The position numbers and the translations under genes are program-made. A stretch of 64,000 nucleotides of DNA, taken from a virus. The first letter of the stretch is position 1. Each line of letters begins with the position of its first letter. Positions 54,560 through 63,036 of the stretch are shown piece after piece. Where the stretch lies: the IMG/VR virus record IMGVR_UViG_3300036791_001355, positions 11,506 through 75,505 of that record. One strand, written 5' to 3'. Under the pieces are notes generated by a model that searched no databases, was not told the DNA's origin, and was given only the letters and a program-made list of their open reading frames with translations.

Positions 54560-56571
54560 CAGGCCGCAGCCAGATGGCTGGCCAGGACGGCATTGCCGCC
54601 AGTCTCGTTGCGCAATACCACCGTCACATGATGCGGCCCGACTGGACGCTGCCCTGCTGTCATAGTGCCTCTGCCGCCGCCTCCTGCTCCTGCCAGTTCC
54701 GTGGTCACCGCCCGCTGCGTCTCCCCGGGGGCATGGGCAAACCAGTCTTTGCCATACCGCTTGACCGCCGCCATGACATTGCCTTCGCCCCAGTTGTAGC
54801 CCGCCAGCGCCTTTTGCATGTCGCCAGGGAACATGTGCATGAGGTAGGCGAGGTATTTGGCCGCCCCCGTGGCCGCATCCTGCCGGTTGTAGGGATCGCC
54901 GCCGCCGCCCCACTGCTTCCAGCTGCTGGGGAGGAACTGCATCCACCCACTGGCGCCTGACTTCGGGTTATACATATCCCGCCCGTGGCCGGATTCGACG
55001 CCCTCGACGGCGCTGAGAATGCCCGCTGGCAGTCCCCGCTCCCGCTCCATACCGGTGAACATCGCCTGCGCATCGCCGCCGCCAGTGGCGGCCCCAAAGC
55101 TGAACCCCGACAGAGAGGTGCCCTTGCCGCCGCCCGCGCCATAGCCCGGGTAGCCCGGGATCATGCTGAACCAACTCGACAGGTCGGGCAGATGAAGCAG
55201 TTGACCGGCCTGTTTGCCCCAGTCGGACATCTTGTCGCGGACTGTATCCAGGGTCGGCACATGCTGGCTTACCCACTCCACCACCGAGATGATCGCCTTG
55301 CCGAGTTCGACCACGTAGCCGCCCAGTTCGCTGAACTCGTTTTTAATCTCAGTCAGTTTTGCCATGAAGGCGTTGAAGTCGGTCTCTATCTGACCCGAGG
55401 TGATGTACTTGGTGAAATCGTCGATCCACTTATTTAACTTCTCGATGAAGCCGGCGCCTGTTAGCTGCACCAAGATTTTGTTGACGAGATTGCTAAAGGC
55501 ATTGGTCAGGCGCTCCAGATGCGGCGTCAGCGGCGTCAGGCCGACAATGAAGGTCTTCGTGATCATGTTAGTGGAGCGTTCCAGCGCGGTATTGAAAGAA
55601 GCCCACTCACGCGCCTGCTGCTCGTTGAGACCCATCGCTCTGGCATCGCGGCGCGCGCCCGCCTGCCGCTTCTGGAACTCCTCTTCTGTCCCTCCCGTGA
55701 TCTGGCGCAGCTGCTCGGTGCTGGTGATGCCGAATTTGCCCCACTGCCGCATCTCGATCTGCTGCGCCCACGTGCCGGGATCGGTGCCCTGAAGCGTCCG
55801 GCGGATGCCTTCCAATACCTTGAGCGACGTCTCCATCGGGTCGGCTCTGGGGTCTCGCCTCATGCCCAGGGCACCGAACGCTGCCCCGGCAGTGATGTCC
55901 TGCTGGGCGTTGGCGACGGCGGTGATCATCGAGGGGTCGGCATACGGGCTCATGTTGGCGCCGAACGCCTGCATGCCGCCGATGGTGGTGCCGGCGCGCC
56001 ACGCCTGCCTGCGCTGGCCGCTCACCATGCCGGCGATGCCGCCCATGCCGAGGAAGCCGAAGCCGGTGGCCAGCCCCGTCAGAGCCCCCAGGATGGTGCC
56101 GAAGTGCAGAAAGCGCGTCGCCATCTGCTCGACGTTGCGCAGCATGCCCCTGGAGGATTCGCGCATGTCCTGCCAGAGCTTTGTGAGCTTGCCGGTCGGG
56201 CCGAGCGATGCTTGCGCGTTCGATGCGATCTGACGGGTGAATTGCGCGATCCGCTGCGCCGCCGCTACCGCGCGCGGGGTAAAACCGACCGGCTGTGCTG
56301 GCTGGCCGCTGCCGCCGCCGCCACCAGCCCCGCCCCCCGGCGGCACGCCCGGCCCAGGCGGTGCGCGTGGCGCCCCCGGCGAGGTCGGCCCGACCGGTGG
56401 GCCACCCGCCCCGGGGCCACCGCCGCCGCCACCACCGCCGCCGCCGCCGCCCGTGACGTTGACGTTCACACCCGCTGCGGCGGCCTGCTGGAAGGCGTTG
56501 AACTTCTGTATGAAGGCATCGAAGGCGGTGGTGTTAACGTCGATGTCGAGGACCGAGCGTAGCGCCATCAC
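54559..56571 (-). CDS. tape measure protein with C-terminal lytic transglycosylase (SLT)
   Basis: VESG...SGASGWMQFLP..W, ALAGYNWGEGNV, ET; helical N-terminal region. Confidence 0.88.
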   Translation of the reverse strand: MMALRSVLDIDVNTTAFDAFIQKFNAFQQAAAAGVNVNVTGGGGGGGGGGGGPGAGGPPVGPTSPGAPRAPPGPGVPPGGGAGGGGGSGQPAQPVGFTPRAVAAAQRIAQFTRQIASNAQASLGPTGKLTKLWQDMRESSRGMLRNVEQMATRFLHFGTILGALTGLATGFGFLGMGGIAGMVSGQRRQAWRAGTTIGGMQAFGANMSPYADPSMITAVANAQQDITAGAAFGALGMRRDPRADPMETSLKVLEGIRRTLQGTDPGTWAQQIEMRQWGKFGITSTEQLRQITGGTEEEFQKRQAGARRDARAMGLNEQQAREWASFNTALERSTNMITKTFIVGLTPLTPHLERLTNAFSNLVNKILVQLTGAGFIEKLNKWIDDFTKYITSGQIETDFNAFMAKLTEIKNEFSELGGYVVELGKAIISVVEWVSQHVPTLDTVRDKMSDWGKQAGQLLHLPDLSSWFSMIPGYPGYGAGGGKGTSLSGFSFGAATGGGDAQAMFTGMERERGLPAGILSAVEGVESGHGRDMYNPKSGASGWMQFLPSSWKQWGGGGDPYNRQDAATGAAKYLAYLMHMFPGDMQKALAGYNWGEGNVMAAVKRYGKDWFAHAPGETQRAVTTELAGAGGGGRGTMTAGQRPVGPHHVTVVLRNETGGNAVLASHLAAA

Positions 56572-56867
56572 AGCCCCCGTTTGCTGGCCTGGATCAGATG
56601 CCGCTGGCGGAACTCATGCGACGAGCGCCAGGGAAACTGGCCGTCACCGCGCTCGTAGATGACGGCCTCAAACCCCGCCCCGGCAGCCCAGTCGAGGATG
56701 CAGGCTAGGACGGAACCGGGGGCGTCGCGCCAGTACTGTCGGTCTCGGTCGAGGTCGCCAATGAACTCGCGAACACCGACAAGTTCGATGACAATGTCCG
56801 CGCACCCCACAGATTCGCAGCGCCAGTGGCGATGGTCCGGCGCTCCGCTTGCCGATGCAGCCGCCAA
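56568..56867 (-). CDS. probable frameshift extension of the tail assembly chaperone
   Basis: -1 frame open from a T8 run to the tape-measure start; no convincing start of its own. Confidence 0.5.
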   Translation of the reverse strand: MAAASASGAPDHRHWRCESVGCADIVIELVGVREFIGDLDRDRQYWRDAPGSVLACILDWAAGAGFEAVIYERGDGQFPWRSSHEFRQRHLIQASKRGL

Positions 56868-57280
56868 GCGCAGGTAAAAAAAACCAGCACGCCCATGATC
56901 TCGTCGATGTCCTCGACGTCCACCAGCTGGTCGCGGATAGCGTCTTCCAGCGGGATCATCTGCCAGCCCTGCTGGCCGTTGGCGCCCGGCGCCACCACGT
57001 TGGCCAAGCGCCGTATCTCGCCCAGCAAGCCCCGTTGCAGACCCATCGGGCCATCCCAGGTGCCGGCCTCCTCGCCGACCTTCTTCAGCATCAACGCAGC
57101 GATACGAGGACCGGCGACGACGCCCAGCCCCTCGGTGTAGATGGCGGCAAAGGTCTTCGACAGCGGCAGCCAGTAGCGCTCGAACACCTCGCGTCCCAGC
57201 GGCGCGGCGTGGACATAGACCGTGGTGCCGTCAGCCCGGTCCAGCGGCAGGACGAGATAAAGCTGCTCGTCAATCCGCAT
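56705..57280 (-). CDS. tail assembly chaperone
   Basis: between tube and tape measure; GPRIAALML, EIRRLANV, VFFT. Confidence 0.7.
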   Translation of the reverse strand: MRIDEQLYLVLPLDRADGTTVYVHAAPLGREVFERYWLPLSKTFAAIYTEGLGVVAGPRIAALMLKKVGEEAGTWDGPMGLQRGLLGEIRRLANVVAPGANGQQGWQMIPLEDAIRDQLVDVEDIDEIMGVLVFFTCAWRLHRQAERRTIATGAANLWGARTLSSNLSVFASSLATSTETDSTGATPPVPS

Positions 57281-57283
57281 TCA

Positions 57284-57721
57284 TCAGTCCCACATGGTGC
57301 TGTTCACCAAGTAATAGCCCCGCACGGTAACGGCAAATTCCGGCTCGGTGCCGGCGAAGATTAGCTCCCGTATGCTCTGGATGGCGCAGTTGAGGATCTG
57401 ATACGGCGGCAGGGTCGAGGCATCGCCGCGCACCGTGCCGTCGCCGATCAGCGAGTTGGTCTCCATCTGCGCCTTGTAGAGCCCGGCCAGCGGCTGGCTC
57501 TTGAGCAGGTGAATGGTGCAGGTCACCATCATCATCGGCTCCTGCGAGGTCACCGCTCCGGTCATGGTGGGGAAGAACTGCGTCGCCTCGCCGTCGAGGG
57601 CAAGGCGTACGCCGTCCCGCCCGAGATAGGACGCCACCACGTTGAGCGAGGCATTGGACGGCCACACGATGGACGCGCGTACGCGGTTCAGCGTGCCTTG
57701 CGCGATGAGCGGATTCGGCAT
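57284..57721 (-). CDS. tail tube protein
   Basis: 145 aa directly after the sheath; NPLIAQGTLNR. Confidence 0.75.
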   Translation of the reverse strand: MPNPLIAQGTLNRVRASIVWPSNASLNVVASYLGRDGVRLALDGEATQFFPTMTGAVTSQEPMMMVTCTIHLLKSQPLAGLYKAQMETNSLIGDGTVRGDASTLPPYQILNCAIQSIRELIFAGTEPEFAVTVRGYYLVNSTMWD

Positions 57722-57767
57722 CTCAGCCTCTCAGGTAAGAGGACGACGCTAAGGAGCGTCTTAGGGG

Positions 57768-59144
57768 TCAGAAGGTGATGAAGTCCGACACCACGACATT
57801 GAGGACAATCTGGATGAAGCCTCTGGCCGGGATGTAGATGATCGACAGGCCGGCGTATTTGCCGATCTTGAAGTCACCGGGATTCGCCGTCGTGTAGGAC
57901 ACGAACGGGATGGCGTTGATGACGGCTTGCGCCGTGAAGGCGTCGGCATTCAGCGCGGTCTGGAACGAGATGCCGTCCATCTCCGTCTGCAGCACCGAGC
58001 CCACCGCCAGCCCGAAGGAAATCTCCGCCGTCATCATCTGCGCCAGCCGCGCCTGCAGCCGGTTGATGCCAAACTGATCGTAATAGAGCGGATTGACCGG
58101 GTTGTTGCTGCCGTTGATGACCTCGTTGGTCAGCACCAGCTTGGCCTGGATCTGGGTGTAATCGACCGAGAACCAGTAGGTGAAGTCGCGCCCGTCCAGC
58201 GTGGTGCCCCAGTAGATCATGGTCTGGGTCTCGCCGCCCTCGGCACCGGAGCCGATGACGTTGACGTTGGCCGCCTTCAACTGCGTCAGCAGGGCCTGAT
58301 TGCCGAGCGAGGGATAGGCGGTGGTGCCGTAGGTGAACGAGAAGGCGAACGGCGCCACGCGGTTGGTCGGCGACGGATTGTAGGTCAGCGACTGATAGAG
58401 CGCGGCGGCGAGGGAGAACTCGGTGACCGCAATGCCGGGCGCCTCGACCAGGGCGATGACGCATTTCATCTGGCTGTTGTAGGCGGTGTACGTGCTGGCC
58501 GTGGTGGTGACCCAGAAATACTGCATCGCCGTCGGCGCTTCGTAGGACGCCAGCAAGGTCAGGAACGATGCCTGCGCATCCCAGTTGCGCGGCACGAGGA
58601 AGCTGTAGACGGTCTGGGGATTGTTGGTCAGCCACGTCTGGAAGGCGGCGATGGTGTGCACCGGATCGCCCAGGCCGAGTTCCAGCACATAGATACTCAT
58701 CGCCGTGCCCTGGGCGAAAAACGTCGTCGCCATGGCCAACAAGGTCGTCGCCGAGCCCGGCACCCAGGTGCCCATCGTCGTTGCCGTCCCCGGATTGGCC
58801 ACCAGCGGATAGGTGAAGGTATTGGCCCCGGTCACGGTGACCGTGAAGGTGCCGTTGTAGCCGGCCGGCACCGCCCCCTGGATGGTCACCTGCGGCGTCT
58901 GGCCGGTCGGGATGTTGTGCGCCGAGGTGGTCTGCACGGTGGCCACGCCGGTGGCCCAGGAGATGGTCTGGACCGGCGCTGGCGGCACCAGCACGGCAGA
59001 AAGATCAGACATCTGCGTAATCAGCTTGAGTGAACCGGCGGTGCCCGTGGTGCCGCCCTGGCTGATGAAGGCGCCGGTCTGTTGCAGCGTGCTGGGCGTG
59101 GGTGCCTGGAGCACGCTGACGTTAACGGTGACGATGCTCGGCAT
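57768..59144 (-). CDS. tail sheath protein (DUF3383-like)
   Basis: IVTVNVS...P..LQQTGAFISQGGT, INGSNN..NPLYYDQ.GINRLQ, Y.P.RGF..I. Confidence 0.8.
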   Translation of the reverse strand: MPSIVTVNVSVLQAPTPSTLQQTGAFISQGGTTGTAGSLKLITQMSDLSAVLVPPAPVQTISWATGVATVQTTSAHNIPTGQTPQVTIQGAVPAGYNGTFTVTVTGANTFTYPLVANPGTATTMGTWVPGSATTLLAMATTFFAQGTAMSIYVLELGLGDPVHTIAAFQTWLTNNPQTVYSFLVPRNWDAQASFLTLLASYEAPTAMQYFWVTTTASTYTAYNSQMKCVIALVEAPGIAVTEFSLAAALYQSLTYNPSPTNRVAPFAFSFTYGTTAYPSLGNQALLTQLKAANVNVIGSGAEGGETQTMIYWGTTLDGRDFTYWFSVDYTQIQAKLVLTNEVINGSNNPVNPLYYDQFGINRLQARLAQMMTAEISFGLAVGSVLQTEMDGISFQTALNADAFTAQAVINAIPFVSYTTANPGDFKIGKYAGLSIIYIPARGFIQIVLNVVVSDFITF

Positions 59145-59159
59145 GCTCCGGTTCCCCTA

Positions 59160-59462
59160 TCAGCCAAGGGTGATGTTCAGCACCTGCGCGGCGCCGGGGG
59201 CGACGACCACGCCCTGGTTGCAGGGCCAGTTCGCCGTGTAGATGCCAACCGTGGCGGGGATCGTCAGCACCAGCCGCCCCGAGGTGGCGGCACCCGTCGC
59301 GGCGGCGTCGTAGACGGCCCCAGCGGTGCCAGCGGTGATGACATTGACCAACCCGACCCGGGCCGGGCCGGTCCGCATCACGGTGGCGGCGGAGACGCCG
59401 TAATAGGCGGATGACGCGACATCAGACGGATAGACCGACACGCGCTGGGCATATTGCGCCAT
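59160..59462 (-). CDS. small structural protein (100 aa)
   Basis: beta-rich; directly upstream of the sheath. Confidence 0.65.
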   Translation of the reverse strand: MAQYAQRVSVYPSDVASSAYYGVSAATVMRTGPARVGLVNVITAGTAGAVYDAAATGAATSGRLVLTIPATVGIYTANWPCNQGVVVAPGAAQVLNITLG

Positions 59463-59484
59463 GACTACACACTCCGGTTCGAGG

Positions 59485-59584
59485 GACGACGCGAAGTCGC
59501 GTCTTGGGGGATTCGCGCGTCGAGGCCCGCGCGCTGGCCTAACAAGCCGCGTCTTAGCGAGAACGACGCGAAGTCGCGTCTTAG
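59485..59584 (+). repeat. two copies of hairpin repeat ACGACGCGAAGTCGCGTCTTRG (family B)
   Basis: copies at 59485-59507 and 59561-59584 with a partial copy between. Confidence 0.8.
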
Positions 59585-60129
59585 CGCATGCGGCGGGCGC
59601 GGATGGACCCGGCGGCCGATACGGTGCCGCTATGCCAAAGCAACCGGCAGGAGAGATAGATCGGGGTCGCGCTGCCGGTCAGCATGCGCACCGGCCCGGT
59701 TTGCAGCTGCGTGCGCGTGCTCATGCCATTGACGATGTTGAGCATCATGACGGCGAAGTCTGCCGAGAGGTCGGGCGGCGGCAGGGTAGTGGATTGACTG
59801 TTGAGCCAGACCATCACCTCGCTGATGTCGGCCGAGGTGCCTGACGTGGCGAGATAGCCTAAGACATCCCAATCGCCCGGCGGCAGCGTCAGCGACAGCA
59901 CATCGGTGACGGAGTTGGTAGTCAGCGGCGTCGCGTTCGCCGTCAGGATGGTGGTGTAGAGCCGCTCGCCGATCTGCCCTGGCTGGGCCTCGGAGCCGTC
60001 GGTAACGCCGAGGAGCATGCTATGGGCGAGGTTGTCGATGTCACTGGCGGCGGCGGCAAAGTTCTCGCGGATCTCGGCCGAAGCCACCATCGTGCCTTCT
60101 TCGGGAATGGTGATGTCGATGGTGCTCAT
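59581..60129 (-). CDS. putative virion protein (182 aa)
   Basis: GVTDGSEAQPGQIGE, LTLPPGDWDV, IRARRMR; fibre-tip-like. Confidence 0.6.
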   Translation of the reverse strand: MSTIDITIPEEGTMVASAEIRENFAAAASDIDNLAHSMLLGVTDGSEAQPGQIGERLYTTILTANATPLTTNSVTDVLSLTLPPGDWDVLGYLATSGTSADISEVMVWLNSQSTTLPPPDLSADFAVMMLNIVNGMSTRTQLQTGPVRMLTGSATPIYLSCRLLWHSGTVSAAGSIRARRMR

Positions 60130-60623
60130 GCCGTCTCTCTCTCGATGACGAAAAACCGGTCCCCGTCATTGGCGGCATCGCCGGCACCGTTGCGGTAGCG
60201 GATGACGCGCTCGTGCACCGGCTGTCCCGTCCACTGGTCGGCCACCAGCAGGCCATCCTCGCCGACCGCCAGCAGCACGGCGGCATGCGAGCGGCCATCG
60301 ACGTGGTTGCCGTAGCGGCCATCGGCATCGAAGCAGGCGATGGCGGTGCCTCTGGCCAGCGTCGGCGTGTCCGCCACCCTGGCCCCGCGTCGCCAGTGGG
60401 TCGTCATCGGCGCGTCGGTCACCGAGCGGACGAAGGCGACACAGTGACCGCTGCCGATGCGTCGGCCCAGGCAGTGCTCATGAGCGGCGGCGACGAAGGT
60501 CACTCGAAGTCTCGCTCCCGAGGTCACTCGAAGTCTCGCTCCCGAGGTCACTCGAAGTCTCGCTCCCGAGGTCACTCGAAGTCTCGCTCCCGAGGTCACT
60601 CGAAGTCTCGCTCCCGAGGTCAT
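60126..60623 (-). CDS. BPSL0067-like Cys/His peptidoglycan amidase (endolysin candidate)
   Basis: GHCVAFVR...W.RG.RV...GTAIA.FD.DGRY.N...SHAA...V.DQW; N-terminus is the in-frame repeat (SGARLRVT)x5. Confidence 0.75.
   Translation of the reverse strand: MTSGARLRVTSGARLRVTSGARLRVTSGARLRVTSGARLRVTFVAAAHEHCLGRRIGSGHCVAFVRSVTDAPMTTHWRRGARVADTPTLARGTAIACFDADGRYGNHVDGRSHAAVLLAVGEDGLLVADQWTGQPVHERVIRYRNGAGDAANDGDRFFVIERETA
60497..60622 (+). repeat. tandem array, 5 x 24 bp plus 6 bp (AGGTCACTCGAAGTCTCGCTCCCG)
   Basis: five identical units read directly; 19/24 identical to the unit at 7305. Confidence 0.95.
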
Positions 60624-61678
60624 ACCCAGATGATGCCGCTGTCCCAGGTCACCGGTCCGCCCCAGTTTGCCGTGCCCGTCTGCAACGCATTGACAGCAAC
60701 GGTCGCCACCCCTTCTGAGCAGATCTTCGGCGCCATCATGTCGGGCGTGATCACCGCTGCCTGAGCGTCGAGAATCATCTGCCGCGCAATGTCGTTGATG
60801 CGCGTCTGATAGTAGGAAATCTCGAACTCGATGCTCTTGCGTTGCTCCAGCACCATGCCGGGCGGCCACGGCCGCTTCTCGTCGCGTACCGTAGTGGTGG
60901 CACCCATCATGCCGATGACGTCGGTGTCGAGCGAGTAGCGGTTGACGAGGTCGAGAAAGTCCGCCGCCATGGCGTTGTTGGCGCCGAACAGGGTCACCCG
61001 CACCCGCTCCGAGGTCAGCTGGTAGTGCGAGGTGCGGACGTCGAAATGCGGCAACGGCTGCAAGGCCCTGGTATCGCCCGGCTCGACATGCACGGCACCG
61101 TAGGGCGGCGGCAGGTTGTCGGGCACCAGATAGCTGGGATAGAGCGTGATGCCGGGATTGAGCGGCGCCAGCCAGATCGGCGTGTAGTTCACCAGCGCCA
61201 GCCACGCGGGGAGGCTGTTGGAGACGATCAGCGCCTCGGGATCGAGTTGCGCGGGATCGTCGATCAGCTGGGTCGAGGCGCCCGGACGGACCGCGTCCCC
61301 GGTGTAGTGCCAGATGCCCGCCGGCTCGAAGAACCAGCCCTGCTTGTCGAAGGCGAACAGGCGGCTGTCGATGTCGCCGACGATCAGTTGCTGGGTGTTG
61401 ACCTGATTGAGCGGGGCGATGCGCTCACCCGTGGTGAACACCACCGAGTTCCGCGTCGTCGTCTCGTCCTCGGCCTGCTCGCGCTCGCTCATGAAGTGCA
61501 GCGCGCCGGTCGCCTCGAAGCCCGAGGAGCGCAGCCAGAAGACGAAGCCGTCCAGCGGCAGCACGACCTTGGTGTAGATGGTGAACGAGACGGTACGCTG
61601 CTGGCTGATATCGGCGATGCCCGCCAGCAGGGCATCGTGCAGCGGGCCGCCGCCAGCTACCTCGTCAAGGAGACTCAC
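60620..61678 (-). CDS. neck/tail-completion protein
   Basis: YTKVVLPLDGFVFW, LYPSYLVPDNLPPPY..VH, SYYQ; position. Confidence 0.7.
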   Translation of the reverse strand: MSLLDEVAGGGPLHDALLAGIADISQQRTVSFTIYTKVVLPLDGFVFWLRSSGFEATGALHFMSEREQAEDETTTRNSVVFTTGERIAPLNQVNTQQLIVGDIDSRLFAFDKQGWFFEPAGIWHYTGDAVRPGASTQLIDDPAQLDPEALIVSNSLPAWLALVNYTPIWLAPLNPGITLYPSYLVPDNLPPPYGAVHVEPGDTRALQPLPHFDVRTSHYQLTSERVRVTLFGANNAMAADFLDLVNRYSLDTDVIGMMGATTTVRDEKRPWPPGMVLEQRKSIEFEISYYQTRINDIARQMILDAQAAVITPDMMAPKICSEGVATVAVNALQTGTANWGGPVTWDSGIIWV

Positions 61679-61689
61679 GGCGGACTACC

Positions 61690-61875
61690 TCAAGGCAGCG
61701 GGCGGAGATGAGCCAGCGGCAGCAGATAGGTCACCAGCACGATGAGCAGAATCACCGCCAGAATCAGTTGCGCAATGACCTGAAACGGAGGCGGCAACGG
61801 AATCATGGTGATGACGTAATAGATAACGCCAAAGATCAGCAACACCACGAGCAAGGTGATGAGCAGTTCAAGCAT
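61690..61875 (-). CDS. small two-TM membrane protein
   Basis: two hydrophobic helices around IPLPPPF; GGAGGT RBS. Confidence 0.75.
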   Translation of the reverse strand: MLELLITLLVVLLIFGVIYYVITMIPLPPPFQVIAQLILAVILLIVLVTYLLPLAHLRPLP

Positions 61876-61895
61876 AGCAATTCACCTCCGGTGAA

Positions 61896-62408
61896 CTAGC
61901 TCGTCCAGGCCTTGAACGAGGCCTGATAGAGGCCGGTGTCGATGAACGACGGACGCGAGGGACGGCGGGCGTAGGGGTTCTTGAAGCGGTGCGACACACC
62001 CTTCTTCGCCGCCAGCGTCGGCACCCCCTGGATCTTGCCGTCATAGGCCCGCATCGCCAGCGCGTCCTTGAACAGGTGCTCGATCTGGCTGGTCGCCGAG
62101 GCCAGCATCTGGCCGCCGCCCTTGACCGGACCCCCCATCAGGATGGTCTCCAGCGCGCCCTGCATGCTCTTCTCCACCTCCTGATTGATCTGGCTTTCGC
62201 GAATCTGGAGAAAGACCTGCATGACGCGGTAGCGCGCCTCCAGCATGTCCGCCACGTCGCCCGTGGTGTTGCCGCTGGTCGGGGACGCCATCTTGCCCGC
62301 CATGAACTGCTTGTAGGCGTGCAGCGCCTTGGCGGCGGAGATGCCGCCGGCCTTCTTCTGGCCCCATGAATATGGAAGATCAATGACGCCGAGATGCATC
62401 ACCGGCAT
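61896..62408 (-). CDS. neck/head-completion protein
   Basis: LGVIDLPY, TTGDVA..LE, GVPT.AA..GV.HR, RPSFIDTGLYQASF. Confidence 0.7.
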   Translation of the reverse strand: MPVMHLGVIDLPYSWGQKKAGGISAAKALHAYKQFMAGKMASPTSGNTTGDVADMLEARYRVMQVFLQIRESQINQEVEKSMQGALETILMGGPVKGGGQMLASATSQIEHLFKDALAMRAYDGKIQGVPTLAAKKGVSHRFKNPYARRPSRPSFIDTGLYQASFKAWTS

Positions 62409-62942
62409 TTAACGGGTGAGCCCCCACAGCGTGGTGCCGTACTCCTGGGCAAAGCCGAGATAGGCCCGGCCGTAGGGCGTGTTCATCATCTGCATGTTGG
62501 ACAGCGTCAAACTCTTGATCCAGTCCGGCAGCATCCAGCTTTGGCTGGTGCCCTGGTCTGAGGAGGACTGAATGATGCCCATCTGCATGTTGTTGATGCC
62601 GAGGGTCTTGCGCAGATCGGCGAAGTAACACTGGCCGGGCTGGTCGGGGGCGAAGTTAATCAGCCGGTCGGTGGCGTAGTTATACACCATCAGCGTGTAA
62701 ATATCGGACGACACGGCGGCAAAAGCGTTATTCACCTTGTCGATGGCGATATTGTAGCTGGTGGTGATCCACGGCGAATTGTCAGGCAGATAGGCGGAGG
62801 GAATGCCGACATACTGGCGCAGAAAGATGACGTAGTCAGCCAGCGACGGCGTGGTGGGATCAGCGAGTCCCGGCGGCTGCGGTGCCGGGACGTAATCGGC
62901 CTGAACGGCGACGCCGCCCTGGCCACCCAGTGTCTGGCTCAT
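62409..62942 (-). CDS. head-tail adaptor (DUF4054-like)
   Basis: VYN.A...LIN.A.D, GIIQSSSDQGTS, TPYGRAYL. Confidence 0.7.
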   Translation of the reverse strand: MSQTLGGQGGVAVQADYVPAPQPPGLADPTTPSLADYVIFLRQYVGIPSAYLPDNSPWITTSYNIAIDKVNNAFAAVSSDIYTLMVYNYATDRLINFAPDQPGQCYFADLRKTLGINNMQMGIIQSSSDQGTSQSWMLPDWIKSLTLSNMQMMNTPYGRAYLGFAQEYGTTLWGLTR

Positions 62943-63036
62943 GACGAAGCCCTCGCGTCGCAGGTCACTGCGCTGCGCTTCGTAACGGAGTCATCAGGCG
63001 CCGGGCGCTTGGTCATTCCGCTCCGCTGCATGACGT

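Noticed and set aside
60624-61205. Long N-terminal extension of the amidase ORF given in the track
   Set aside because: Overlaps the neck gene in another frame; the ATGA-coupled start at 60623 is more plausible.
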